Assembly (NCBI GenBank): GCA_012295275.1 | Contig: CM022678.1 | Location: 16,120,001-16,184,000 of the forward strand | Direction of reading: 5' to 3' | Length of the DNA: 64,000 nucleotides | Source of the DNA: Chrysomallon squamiferum | Taxonomy: Eukaryota; Animalia; Mollusca | Shown: positions 32,601-59,628 of the stretch, piece by piece | How the letters are laid out: every line of letters begins with the position of its first letter | How positions within the stretch are numbered: position 1 is the stretch's first letter | The notes under the pieces: model-generated | The model's input: only the letters and a program-made list of their open reading frames with translations | The model's database searches: none | Told to the model about the DNA's origin: nothing | Made by a program: the position numbers and the translations under genes

Positions 32601-34012
32601 CCTCCATCACCTCCATCACCTCCGTCATCGACAATATCATTATCTTCATTGCCATCGATAACATGGCTATTTAGTGTATTTTGTTCTGATGCAGTTTGTG
32701 TTCTGTTTTCCCCATTCCAGGAAACAACTACATACACCTGCTGACTCGTGAGAGACCATTTGAAATTGAGATAAATGTTGAGGACTCTAATGGTAAAACA
32801 GCGGTAATCAAATATGATTTATTTTCTATATCAGACGACACAGATAAATACAGACTGAAACTGGAGGGTCGGACAAGCAATGCTGAGGGTAAGTCTTTTA
32901 CTTTCCGACTTGAGATTTTCATACATACATACATACATACATAGATACCGAGCTACTTAATAATAGGTATATTATATAGTTGAACCAGAAACCCGAATAA
33001 CCGAGTGAGTCATTTTAATATATACAGTATACCCTCACCTATTCGCGGTTCCCCATTCGCGGCCCCGCATATTCGCGGGTTAGGCTCTTAACCATATCGC
33101 ATCGTATGCTGGTATACCAGGCTAGCGTCATAACGTCATAAAAACAAATGCTCGGTAAACCGCACAAACAATATCAAATTTTTTCAATTATTATTGCAAT
33201 ACAGTACGTATTTTTTTTATAAATGCATACACTGTATATACAGTGCATATTTTTTGTGACCGTGTATTAATAATGTTTTTAATTGCATATTATTACCTGA
33301 ACTGTGCGTACTGTATTTATCTGTCTGTTTTGCCTTTAAATTTGTTCCACTTTCTGTCAATTCTAATACATATGTTGTACGCATAGAAAATGACTTTACG
33401 GTGCAGTAATACTGTATTGGTAACTATTCTATACGGTGTTACTGTCCTCATGGACTTACGTTTCTTTCTGATTAAAATATTGTTTCAGTACAAAATTAAA
33501 ATGTGTTTACATTATCATTACTACATTAGTGAAATACATAACTGCATGCAATATTACTACATTATTACTGTATTAATGAATAAGAGTGTCTTTAGAAAGT
33601 GTTTGGGAAGCATTTAGTACCGTATATAATCTCATAATAGACGTTTTAAAACTGCATCCAATATTCGCGGTTTTTCGCTATTCGCGGGGGGGGGGGTAAA
33701 GAACGTAACCCCCGCGAATAGCGAGGGAATACTGTATATAATTTTTTTATTTGTTTGTTTGTCTATTTGTAAAACATTTCAGATGATTGTTTGAGCTATG
33801 TTAGAAACCTACAGTTTAGTACTACTGGTGTCGACAATGACCGGTATGCAGAGGTGGACTGTGCTGACAGGTTTGGTGGAGGATGGTGGTACGCAAGATG
33901 TGCGTATTGCGCACTCAATTCAAAGTACTTAGACGGTGGAATGTTTGTACACTGGTCAACATTTTCCAGACGATTAGTTCGAACTGAAATGAAAATAAAA
34001 CCAAGAGGACTT

Positions 34013-34015
<3 letters not shown>
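27960..34015 (+). CDS. PAN/apple + fibrinogen C-terminal domain protein, copy 3, 305 aa
   Basis: Exons 27960-28257, 29320-29441, 32031-32127, 32721-32888, 33783-34015. Same exon lengths, intact splice sites and frame. Confidence 0.93.
29641..30445 (-). mobile_element. Same Tc1-like remnant in copy 3
   Basis: Colinear with 4868-5676; start codon mutated (ggcataa); TIRs retained. Confidence 0.82.
33025..33734. mobile_element. 710-bp non-autonomous Tc1/mariner-superfamily (pogo/Tigger-like) MITE in intron 4 of copy 3
   Basis: TIRs CAGTATACCCTCACCTATTCGCGG ... CCGCGAATAGCGAGGGAATACTG, TA on both sides, repeated subterminal ATTCGCGG motifs. Absent at the equivalent site in copies 1 and 2. Confidence 0.9.
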
Positions 34016-34084
<69 letters not shown>

Positions 34085-34338
34085 AAGGGATATTAGTAAT
34101 ATTTACACACACGTGGTTATGCTTTTTGCGTTAATACGATGTAAGGGGGATAACTCTAGTGAGAAGAGCACCTATTATATAGTTTTCTGTTAATAGTACT
34201 ATGTAAGGGGGTTGGATAACTCTAGTGATAAGAGAACATTACACATCGATGTTTAACATACATTTAAAGAATGCTAATAAATACAGTTTTGTCTTTGCTT
34301 CTGTGTAACTGTTTTTCTAAAAGTGTTAGTTACTACAT

Positions 34339-34379
<41 letters not shown>

Positions 34380-34460
34380 TACATATGTTTATTTCAATTT
34401 ATCCTTAAAGTAAAAAAAAAGGTACCCTGAGAATGTTGAAAATGCCCCCTAAATGTTTTG

Positions 34461-34501
<41 letters not shown>

Positions 34502-35123
34502 TCTTATATCTGTGTGTGTCTGAATTCAATTGTGTTGTGGTTGTAAGTGTTTCTGTGTGTCTCTGTGGTCATACAGATTTCAAAAATATACTGCATCGAT
34601 ACTGTATTAAAAATGTTTGCAAAGTCTGCGCCACGAAGATCACAACAAAAATGTTATAGTGAGTTAAATACTGAACACACTAAACGCTAATTAATAAATA
34701 AATCGATTATTACAATTTTAAAGTTTATTTATTAATAAAGCAGTCAGTTATTACATTTTTAATGTGTATTAATAAAGCAATCAATTAATTTATGAATAAA
34801 ACTTTATGAATAAGTTAATTAATTAACCAGTCAGCCAGTATTAATATTAGAATTTTAACAATGACAGAATTTAATTAATGAAGCAGTCAAACAGTACTAT
34901 TTAAAAGTTTATTTATCAATCAACATTTATAACTGTTACTTTACGAATTAGTATTAAAATTTAATAATAAATCACAACACTGTGACATCAAGATTCTTTG
35001 ACAGAAGCAATAGAAATAGTGTTAATAATCCGCATGGTAGTAATAGTATATTATAATAAATTTTGTAGCACGTCTTGCTCACGATAACGCGGTATTTACA
35101 TGTTTGTGGGTTAGCATGTGCAA

Positions 35124-35138
35124 CGCCCCCTGGTGGCA
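35124..35138 (-). promoter_or_regulatory. CTCF-like binding motif TGCCACCAGGGGGCG
   Basis: Near-perfect match to the bilaterian CTCF core consensus CCASYAGRKGGCRS in a very AT-rich background, ~120 bp beyond the array end. Confidence 0.6.
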
Positions 35139-38015
35139 CGTTTATTAACAGAATTATGATGACAGACAGCACATGGTTTTGCCGGTGAATGACTTTGAAG
35201 AAATGTCAAAATTTGGGTAAGTAGTCACTGACACCCCGATGCTTATAAACAGTCTCAGTACTTACCATACATGCATGCGAATTCTGCTGTTATAGCTATC
35301 CGTCCGAGGCATAGTGCTGCACCATTCTAAAACAAGCTAGGGAAAGCACTAGTTTGAAATATTTTGACCTTCGTTTGGTCCAGTGACTTCTCACTAATGA
35401 ATACAGTTTTTGTTTGTTATTTATAAACCTCGTTGTTTGTTTTGGAAATGTTCCAAAAAGAAGGTATCGAATGATACAGTGGTGGTGGTACGATTTTAAA
35501 GTGGGGTTATAAAAAAGGGGGAAAAAATGCTCTCTCGTTATCTTATTAATCCTCAGCCATATAACAGAGCATAGTTAAATTAAAAAATGTTAAAGTATTT
35601 CCTTCATAATCCAGTTTTACCTTTAAAATGGTTTCTTACCATCCCTGCGAGTTTTAGTTAACTTGCCCAATTATCCACACTGTAAAATAAAACATAAATA
35701 TGAACCTTTTCAGTCCCTGATGAAATATCTTATTACATATGAAGTAAATACTTCATTATCTCTTGTAACTGATATAACCAAATAGCTAGATTTACTGTAA
35801 TTTAACCCAGAAGCTTGAAAATGATGACCACTGAAACATGATGAATCAAAACATCTTTGAAAATGGTCCCAAAAACAGTTGTGTTTTTCTTGGACGTATG
35901 TTTACAGAAAAACAATAAAAACACATCCACATCATCATAATCATCCTTAATAATTTTGTCATTATCATTAATCTTCACCTTCATTAATATCATCATAATT
36001 TTATCATAATTATATCAAAATTTATCATTTACACCATCATCACCTTCATATATGTATCATAATCATTATCAACAGCATAAATTTGCTAATTCTTCATATA
36101 TCGCACTAATTCATTTATCATTATCACTTCGGTAATCAACAGAACTTTAATAATCAGTAACAATTTGATTATCAATACCTATTCAATAATCAGAAACAAT
36201 TTTCTTATCATTTACAGTTCGATAATCAAAAACAGTTAGCTTTGATTTATCAGTAACAGTTTGATTATTAATACCTATTCAGTAATCTGTTAACCTATAT
36301 TGATATCTGTAGGATGTGTAATAATAAACACTTTCCTGGAGAGGTGAAATATATGTATGACGTCATTTAGGAAGTGATGGCTATGCAGCTGGAAATGGCC
36401 ATTGAAAGAGATGAAAATCTTCTATATTAAATAAATGACGAAAAAGGTTGCCTCTATTCACCATGATCCAAGGATGGTGCAAATTCAGTTCATTCTATAT
36501 TTCATTACAATTCTGCAGTAATCCCAAATAGTACAGAAGATGCTTTATTAAAATCATTTGATGATTTTTACAGTTCCTGCCCTCAACAGTGGCAGTTACA
36601 AGATGAACTCTACATTTAGAATCATCTGCCATTTAGTACCTCTGTGGAATTGTGATCATAAAAAAGATAAAAAAAATAAAAAGGAAAAAATAAAAAGGAA
36701 AAAATTAAAATTAAAACATAAAAATTCAAATATTTCAGCAGAAATAAAATTTGCATAATTATTAAATTATTGTTATAATTATTAAATCATTGTTAGGAGG
36801 CACCCTGTTATTGTTATAACCCAAACACAGGTCAGACGTGCAAATTAATGTTTTTTTCCGGCAACTTACATCATGACATACGTAATTAAATTACCTACTG
36901 TTGTATCAGATAGAATGGTACACTGGTTTTACCTTTTAAATAGCCAACATGATATACATATACCGATTATGGTTGCACCAGAAAGGCTCTAGTAAGTAAG
37001 AAAATGGTCCAAAAGATAGTCCGACATTGAGATCATGTGTGTTTGTTTGTTTATTTCCCAAACCATCATGTAATCCTTTTCATCGATCGCTGATAAAATA
37101 TATGATTTTAAAATGACATTTCTAGCTTGGTAATACACATTTTTATCTGCTGGAGGTAGCCTATGCATAAATAGAAAAACTGAAAATATGTTGAAATGGA
37201 TATTTTCTGTTAAAATTTAAGACTGGATGGACTCAGTTGAATATTTCGCCAAGGCAATTAAGAAAATATAACTGTGATTTTAAAGGTTATGTGAATACCA
37301 TTTCCTTCTATAGAGGTTAAAAAATATATTACTGTTCTTTGAAAATGGAACGCTATCTCACACCAAAATAAACAATAAAAAGCCAGATACATAGTAAATA
37401 GTTATTTATTCACATCACTGGATTAAGAATATAAACTAATTTCTAACATTTATTTGCATGTAAAATATACAATATCAGTTAAGTGATAAATGAGGTTAAA
37501 ACACATATATATCTAAACATTAAATTATTTGTTTAATTACTTTTTTCTGATAATTTACAGAAATGTGATAGCATCCATGCCCTGTCACTTTATTGCACTA
37601 TTTCTCATCTTCCCACTTTTTTTGTGATCCGTTCCATAATACTTAAAATAGTGATTGGCAAGAATGTGCATTCCACAAAACTACATTTTTATTGTTTATG
37701 AATTTTTGAAAGTAGGCTCATAGAAAAGAAGGAAAAAATAAGATTTAAAGATTACTTTTAACTGATGCGAGTTCATAAGTATTCCTAGAGTTTAGTTCTT
37801 AAATATGGGGAAAGAAAAAAAGAAGAAGAAGAAACATAAAGAATTAAAATTCTTTCAAGAAATAATAGATTTGGAAATTACATAAAACAAAAATATCTAA
37901 AATCCAGTGAATAGGTGAAATTAAAATCCATGATAGAAAATGTTAAAAGGACAAGAATCAAAATATATTGTGTATGTCAGTTAAGTATTACACAGATGTC
38001 TGTAATATAAAGAAA

Positions 38016-40378
38016 TTAATTTTTGCAATTTCGTTTGATCTCCTCAGAACTACATCCTTGAGGTTTGGGTCCCTGAAAATGGAAAACAACAACAAAAAAA
38101 AGAGTTGATAATAATAAAATGAAATATTACAAAATAATGTAAGTTATTGATTAAATTTATTATTATTATTATTATCATTATTATAATAATAATCATAATA
38201 ATAATAATAATGAATTACAATAATAATTATAAAGAAAATAAATATTTAGTTTATATAGTTGGGGCAATAATTAGCCTAGTATTGAAAAAGCACCATGAAG
38301 AAAGTTACTATTTTTTTAAATATGTTTTTGTGAAACGAAAAAAACAACAACAACATATATATCAAAAACATTAAAATCACTTAATTAAACTATTCATTCT
38401 ATCCGGTCTAGTTTCAGTGTTTATAAAAAGGATGACTGTTAAGCAACCAAAACTTATTAAAAATGACTGCATATTTAAATTATTTAGTAAAGAATGTTAT
38501 TAATTATGCAGGATGGAATTTTAAAGTTACTTACAGTATATGTATCACAAATTAATTTCTTCAGATTCTTTTCAGCCTCTTTTTGAATTTTATATGTATG
38601 AACCTGAACCAAATAATATTCACAATTACTGGTGCTTAAAACAATTAAACAAAAGAATAAATATAAAATATAGCAAAAATAATACCAATTGAAAAAATAT
38701 ATATAACTTGAGTGTTATGTTATTTACAAAATGCTATGCTTAAGTTGCACACACTCAATTCTCAAAATATTTTAAGTATGTTAATGTAAAAGAAGCAAGA
38801 AACAAAATTTATTTTAATCTTTTTTCTATTTCTTTTAATTTTATTTTTGGGGAGGGAAAATTAAGAAAATAAGTCAGTCCATTTGAAAACAAAAGAAACC
38901 AAATATAATTTTTATTTTTTTATTATTATTATTATTTTTTAAACATATTGAGAAAAATAACTCACTCCATTTAAAGTGACCCAGGGTACAAACTGATGAG
39001 GTGGTTTCAAAGCATTTGTTTTCAGTGCCATCTCATGTTCCCATTCATTTCCTTGAGTGCTGTTGGCACAGGTTAAAATATCTTTTAGAGGAATATTTGG
39101 ATAAGTCTTTGCACACTAAAAACAGACAAAACAGTATGATCTAACTTACACTGGTTAAAAAACAAATAAAAAATAAAAAAACATACTAGTATTAGGAAAT
39201 ATACCGATACCAAACCATTTATCCAGAAAACTGCCTAATTTTCTTTTAGGTATGCTTTGTTTTTAGTTTCTGTTATATTTCCATTGAACTGAGAGTGTTA
39301 ATGTGTACAGGTGATCCCTCTCACAGTCTGTTATTGTTTCAGTTTGCTCTTATTTTCATTTATTATTTTGCTTATAAAAGTATCAAAAATGTAACTTGCT
39401 AGTGAAAAATATATTTTAAGAATTTTAGTTGAATTAATAAAGATCAAGTTTTTGAGGTGTAATAATTTGTATCTGCTAAATACAGAATCGTCTTTATTTT
39501 TCATTGTTTTATATTATTGTCTGTATCCAGAAGTCTGGTACACTGGATAAATGATTTTTGTACCTTCCATTAATATTAATGTTTATGTATGTAAATTATA
39601 ACGAAACAAAAACAGAATTAGAACAAAGTGACATACTTTCGTGTGTGTGTGTGTGAATCGTAATTTTAATTTTTTACATCAAACAATCTGGAGGCATTTT
39701 AACTTTGATCAAACATTTTAAAGATCATAATTATGGGATCACTGGACAAACATTTATATATATATATATATATATATACAAAAATTAAAGGGTTAATTAA
39801 TGCATTTTTGTTTATTTTTAGCTACTGACTGTCAAAACAAAGTTTTCTATTAGGAAAGGATGCCCACTATTACTGTTCTTATCTAAACAGCAAGAGTTGT
39901 TTTAGTCAGGAAACTATACCATTGCCTTTGAGTCAAAAATCTCTCTAATGGAGTCTATACTTAAAAATAATTCTTGAGATATTTATTAATGATTACTGTT
40001 TGCTAATGTAAAGGATAATAATTGTAGACTATTCTTTTTGATACATTTTAATTATGTATAAGTGTAAGACTGATCATCATACTTAGAAATTATTTACTTA
40101 CTTTACCTACATGTCAGTATTATTTCTTACTTACTAGGTTCACAAATTAATAAAATTTGATGTAGTTATTATTTATTAACTCACATCTTTAGCTGCTTCC
40201 AGAGGAAGTCTAAAATTCTTCTCAATACAGTTAATAAATCCAAACCCTTTAGGAATGTTGTTAACCAAGCGTATGACACAGGTCTGGAAACAAAACAGTC
40301 AGAACAAATTTACAATAAAAAGAAAGAAAGAATAAATAATAAAAAATACTTTTATTAGTAAATAAAAAGTAGATTAAT

Positions 40379-40429
<51 letters not shown>

Positions 40430-40877
40430 TAAATAAATAAAATTGTTGAAAAGAAATGTTAAGTGTTAGGGAAAAAAGAAGAACAGTTGTCAGTTCCCGC
40501 AAAAATAAAATAAAACAGAGCAAATGACATATCAGTTAATGCCTTGGTGATATAGAATATTTTTGCATCAGTTGATTAGCAATCCAGAAAACATCTACAT
40601 TTTATTGTTTCTTTACACTCTGTGAACAGTATAAATTTAGACAATTATTATTAACATTTTCTTTAAAATCCTGGGCCTTCCAGTTATCATTAACAAAATA
40701 ATTAATTGTTACTCCAATACCATTACATATTATTATATTATTATTATCACCATCATTATTATTATTGTTGTTATTATTATTATTATTAAGTCTGCTTTTA
40801 CTCTGTCCTTTTCTTCATTAAGAATCACAAAGGGAGGTTTTATACAAATCTTTAATTATTACTACAATACTTTAATA

Positions 40878-40908
<31 letters not shown>

Positions 40909-42471
40909 TTAGTTATTATTATTTTACTATTATTATTATTATTATTTCTTCTGTTACTCTGTCCTTTTTCTCATTAATTAACACAATGAGGTGTTTTATA
41001 TAAATTTTCCTGTATGATTTAATTGTTAGTATTAAACAGATTTGAACAAACCTCTATTATGTTACCTAAACATTCCTGTTTACCATGCTGACATTCAAAC
41101 TTCCATTGGTTCCCCTCTTTATGCTCCTGTAAACGAAGAAAAATTAAAAAATTACAGACAGGGAAAGTGAGAGACAGAAAAGAGATAAAAGTTCAGTAAG
41201 AAATATATTTTGAATCATTTCTATAGGATTAACAATTTAAATTAATTATAAAGTAGTAACTCATAACATTAAGATAATTTCTGTGAAATGTTAATTTTAT
41301 TAAAATGGCAAAATAATAATTAATAATATGTTATTTTGAAATTAAAAAGAGAACAATAACACATCATAATAATTTTAAAAAGAACTGTTTTAGGTGTAGT
41401 CTTCTGAATCAAACATCAATGTAAAGAAATTATTTAATCTATTTAATCACCTGCCTAATATTAAGTACTGACATTATGTGTTATAAGAATGCTTAGACCA
41501 CCTTCGTACAAGCATTGATATAACCATTAGATTTATAATTGGTGCATTATTATAGAGCAATCATTCAACATTGTTTTGGGTTTTTTTAAACATGTTACAA
41601 AATTGAAGAAGAAGAAAGAATGAAAATGTTATAAATATTCAAAATGATAAACCAAATTACTGGAACAACTAAAAATGATATTAATTACAGTGATTTGTTT
41701 AACAACACATTACTTACCCTGGCATTTCCATAAGGCACCAGGAAGAGATGCATGATGGTGCCAACCTCTTGGTAAACTGGATACAGAGTTTTAGTTATGA
41801 ACTGCCTACAGTCAGGACAAAGTGACTCATAGTACAGGGTAAAGTTGACAAGAGGTGCATTTTTATCTTCAGCATTCCATTTCTCACACTGTGGGTAAAC
41901 CTGAAAATTTATATTACAATTAACTGATGCAACAATATATGAATATTATATTTTTATTTGAATAAATAATCTGGATTAATACCTCTATTCTTAGTTAATA
42001 ATGTAAAATATTTTACAAAAATGCATGTATGTTTCATTTTGTATGTGAAATCAATGCCTGCTTTCACAAACTAAAAAAATATACATTCATATTAAAAATA
42101 ATAAAATGTATGAACTGTTGACAAATGTTCTTTATTTTGTTATTTCATAATGCAAGCTATTTATATTAAAATATTTATTTTTTATTCCAGCTGTGTGAGT
42201 GTGCATGTGTATGTGTGTATGTGTGTTTGTGTTCAGTGTTTTATTTTAAGTTCATGTATTAATATTTCTATGTATCTCATCACCATGATTGTCAACAAAT
42301 GAACCACTGCATTTAAAATGTTTTGCCAGTTCATTGATTTCTAAACATATGTTTACACCAAAGATTAAGTGTTTGTAATTACAGAAGTATGACTTTGACA
42401 AGTAATCATGAACTTGCTCAAAATATTGTGACTGAAAAATAATTGTATATAAGAAGTACAATAAAGAAACA

Positions 42472-42528
<57 letters not shown>

Positions 42529-42860
42529 TATATTGTTTGTTATTTTCAGTTATTTAATCTTTTTTTTTTTTTTCATTATCGATTATGAACACAAAAGTTT
42601 ACGTTTTGCCTTCTAAATCATCGATTAAGTGATAACAGGAATCTTATCAAACTAGTTCGTCTGCTTTTTACCCAAACTATCTCGTGCAAATCAAACAACG
42701 CCTATGGCAGTGTTCGGCCAACTATCAAATCAAAACTTCGTACTTGACAGGCACTTGCAATTTCCTTGCTTGAACACCATAAACTAGGCGGAAAATTGCA
42801 CCGAGCGTAGCTCTTTGCTATAAGAACACACAAAATCAGAGTTAAATGTACAACCTCCAT
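38016..42860 (-). CDS. IFI30: Gamma-interferon-inducible lysosomal thiol reductase (GILT) with N-terminal saposin A-type propeptide, 249 aa
   Basis: Exons 42860-42744, 41900-41718, 41126-41052, 40283-40185, 39115-38966, 38603-38535, 38072-38016 (750 nt, all phase 0). Signal peptide MEVVHLTLILCVLIAKSYA, SapA-like CNFPPSLWCSSKEIASACQVYPQC, active site YYESLCPDC, LVPYGNA, GILT signature CQHGKQECLGNIIETC, FVPWVTLNG. Confidence 0.96.
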
Positions 42861-42911
42861 TTGGAACAGTTTTCTAAGCTGGCGGCTTACGCATACAGAC
42901 ACAGCTTGAAA

Positions 42912-42920
42912 TCATGTGAC
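42912..42920. promoter_or_regulatory. M-box/CLEAR-like MiT/TFE motif TCATGTGAC ~50 bp upstream of the GILT start codon
   Basis: Matches TCAYGTGA; context is a lysosomal gene. Short motif. Confidence 0.4.
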
Positions 42921-43264
42921 TGTTGGTCAGGTGATTTTTATTCTTTCGGGCATTTTCGGATACCTTCGTACGAAATAATGAAACAACAGGTGTTTAAGTT
43001 TACACTAGTTAAACCATTTCATTGTCACAGTATGTCACATTATCGTTATTTAAGATCCGGTTATTTCCGTACCAGATAAGTCATTTGAGAAATTAGTGTT
43101 CCAAACGACAACCAAATGTCAAATGAATATACTTATTGGATAACAATGATGATATTTTTAATACAAAAACGACTGTCGGTAATGTAAAACGTAAATATGT
43201 GTGTTGTTTTTTTTTTTTATTTTTTTTTATTATTATTTTTTTTATTATTTTTTTTTTATTATTA

Positions 43265-43300
<36 letters not shown>

Positions 43301-43651
43301 TTGTCCCCTTATTTAAATAAATAATTTACTTTTCAATCACTGAAATTTAATAATTTATGAAGATAAGGAAAATTTATACTGGAAGTTATTTTTAGGTTCA
43401 CCTGTTTTCCTTTCTGTTTTAAATGTCAGGAAGAAGCACATTATTAATTAACAATAAACAACAAATAAATAGAAAAAGTATTTAATTTTTTTTTATTAAA
43501 ACATTTACTGCATGCAGTATTGGTTCAGTAACAAATGTACAAAACGTATAATAAAACAAAATGGGATATGTATAAAATTGGTTGACACACATTCATGCAA
43601 TATAATACATAAATTATCCACAATCTGAAATTCAACACACACTTTTAAATT

Positions 43652-43691
<40 letters not shown>

Positions 43692-46194
43692 CATTAACAA
43701 AAATATGGTATTTGTGTGTCTATCAATAACTTCAGTCTAAAAAAATGTTACTGAATAGATCACCGGAATATTTTGTAAAGTTATAAACTTGTATGATGCG
43801 ATGATGCACCTTCAGTACACAATAAATATATTAAATTACAAAGTTTTATTATTTCTTTGAATGATTAAGTATGCACTCAGACCTTTTAATTATATTTAAC
43901 CAAATAACTGCAGTGAAATTAATTTAATAAAAAAAATCAATGATAGTTTTTTGTATGCACCAGTGAAATATGGAAAGAGAACGAGTTGATAAAAAAATAT
44001 ATAAACTAAAGACAGTTATGAAAGTGTAATTATGATTTAAATAATAACAATAATGATAATAATAACAACAACAGAATCAGAAAATGAAAATAAATAAATA
44101 AAATAAAATGATTGTTTGTTGAAATTGATGAGAAAATTATTTAATTTTTTTCTTTTTTGTTTTTTTCTTTTACAGCTCACTTTATTCATTAAGTAAAAAA
44201 CAGGAATTTGTTTCCACAGAAACAAATGTGACTCTAACTAAAACTGATGAATAAATAAAAATGGGAACAAATCTTACAAAAATACATTATAAAAATAAAA
44301 ATAAAAAAAGATTGAAAACACTGGAGAATCTATTAAAAATGGAAAAAGGTCACCAAAAACACACATCACTTCAAACTTTGAATATAAATTTTATATAAAC
44401 CTGTTTTAAAGGGAACAGTCTGTGATAGAAATAAACTAACCAAATAAAAATTAGCATCCAGATGGCTAAGGATCTTTGTTATTAAAACAAACACTTTCAT
44501 AACATAGAAAATAAATTGTTACGTTTAAACTGTCATGCGACACCTCATCAATGAACAAAACAATTCACTAAGTACAAAATGTATTTAATGATAATTAAAA
44601 ACTTACTGGAACATTTAAACACTGCACATAGTTTCATTAAAAACTTCATGAAGAGACTTATCACACTGATATGTCTTTTTGAAGTGTTTTGTTTGAAAGA
44701 CAACAGCAAAGTAACTTCTAACAGCTTAAACTGAGTTCAACAGTTGCTATAATTTCCTCCTCTTTTTTTTTCCCCTTCTTTTTCTTTGTTGCTTTTATTT
44801 TTTTTTATAAACGAATGAAACTTCTTAATTATATTAGCAATTATTTACATGTAATGAACAATTTTGTTAATAAATAGCTAATTGTAATGAAAATCTAAGT
44901 GAAATGTCATCACCAAATTATCTGTGTGTGTGTGTGTGTGTTTAAAAAAATGAAAATGTATTTAAGCAAACTGCTGGGAAATTTAATGTATAGGCATAAT
45001 GAAAAAACACAAGAAAACAATCTTAGAAAAACCTCTTGGAAAACAAAAATAAACATGACATTAATTATTTTTAGGCACTTTATCACTGCAATAAAAAAAA
45101 AAAACTATTAATTACAAATATAAAATAAAATATGATGAAAAGACACAAGTTTTCATGGATGATGTTTGTTTTTTCTGTAGATTAACTAATGCAGTATTGT
45201 TCTCAGAGTACCTGTCTAATGAAAACAAAAAAATACCCTAGTAAATGATAAATAAAAATTAAGTACATAAATAAACAAATAAGTAAATAAAAATTCAACA
45301 GCAACAAAAGGAAACTGAAAAATTTCCCTAACATGAATATATCTTTAGAAAGATGCTATGACCAAGGAATATCCAAAAAACAATTTTATAATTTTGGATC
45401 TGATCCAATTCAATTTCTTCAAAAAAATTCGCTGTCTGTATAAAGATTACATCTCCAACTATTTTGAATTATTTACTGTTTCATTAAAGCCCAGTGTCAA
45501 ATAATGAAATGTGTTATTGTAAAGCAGAATTGCTTTTTCATAATTCTAGATACCAACTTTGGTTTGATTATCCAAATGATTATATGAATGATTTTCCAAG
45601 ATGTTTCAATTAACAGCTGTTAGGATGCTATAAAAGCCATTCCTTCCCCCAAAAACAAATCACAAAGCAAAACTAATAGTAAAATAAACAAAACAGAACA
45701 AGAAGCAAACAATATGATAAAGAAGAAAATTGATAATAACTGATGTTGGTATATATCGTATTTACTTCTGGATGTAAACAGTATATACTGTTTTAATGTC
45801 ACAATAATCTGCTTGATTATAAATATAAATGCCTTTTTATGGATGATTTTCAAAATTTGCATCAAGTCAATACCCATTTTTGCCAATGGATAAAACTGCA
45901 GACTAAATCATTTTAAAATATACTTCTGCATAGAATTACAATAGATGCATTTTGCACTTAAAGTTATGATATAATGTAATTTTGCATATAACAGATATAT
46001 TTAGGTTTAAATTAGTAACTGATATAATTCTTGTAATGTACCAGTGAATCACTTTTGCAGTCACAAATGATATACCTCACAAAATAACAATACATGGTCG
46101 TGGCAAATGCTTATCCAAATAAATTATAGCTGATCAAATATTTTCACCAAATGAGTGGAAGACATATTGCTCTTATTTGAGTTTGAGTCACAGC

Positions 46195-59009
<12,815 letters not shown>

Positions 59010-59613
59010 CTGTGAAATAATTTGAAACGTTTTATTTTTTTTTAAATTAAATTTATAAAAATAATAAATAAATAAAATTAAAGAGAAAAAGATTCTTAAA
59101 AATAAAAAAGAGAGAGAAAATAATCTATTTGGAATAATAAAATTTAAAATAAAACCAAAATTATAGTATTTATAATAAACACACTTTAAAAAAATTCTAA
59201 TTATTACAATAAAACTGGTGCAAATAATTATAAAGTTTATTAAAAATAATAATAAATTTAAAAAAAAAATAATAATAATAATAATAAAATGAAATAAAAT
59301 GAAATAAAATAAAATAAAATAAAATAAAACTCCGCGGCGTAGGTATGCTCCAGAGCCGATGGAGAAGGTGTTATTTGTTTTTCCATCGTCTGCTCTCTAG
59401 TAATGTGGAAATATGGACCGATCAGTGAATATATTTCACTACGAAAATTAACCATCTTATTTCAAACTAAAATTCTTTAAACAACAGCTAAAACTTACAT
59501 TGGTTAATGTTGAATATTAAAGTTGTTCCGATCTCTGATTTATACAACTTTCGCTCTAGAGCACCGAATATACTTTTCGTTTCCAAAGAGTTCTGTTACT
59601 GCTGTAGAATCAT

Positions 59614-59628
59614 TTTCTAGAATATTCG
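59614..59628. promoter_or_regulatory. Perfect three-unit heat shock element tTTCtaGAAtaTTCg upstream of unc-45
   Basis: nTTCnnGAAnnTTCn, ~115 bp upstream of the putative 5' UTR exon donor of an Hsp90 co-chaperone gene. An E-box CACGTG is at 59647-59652. Confidence 0.65.
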
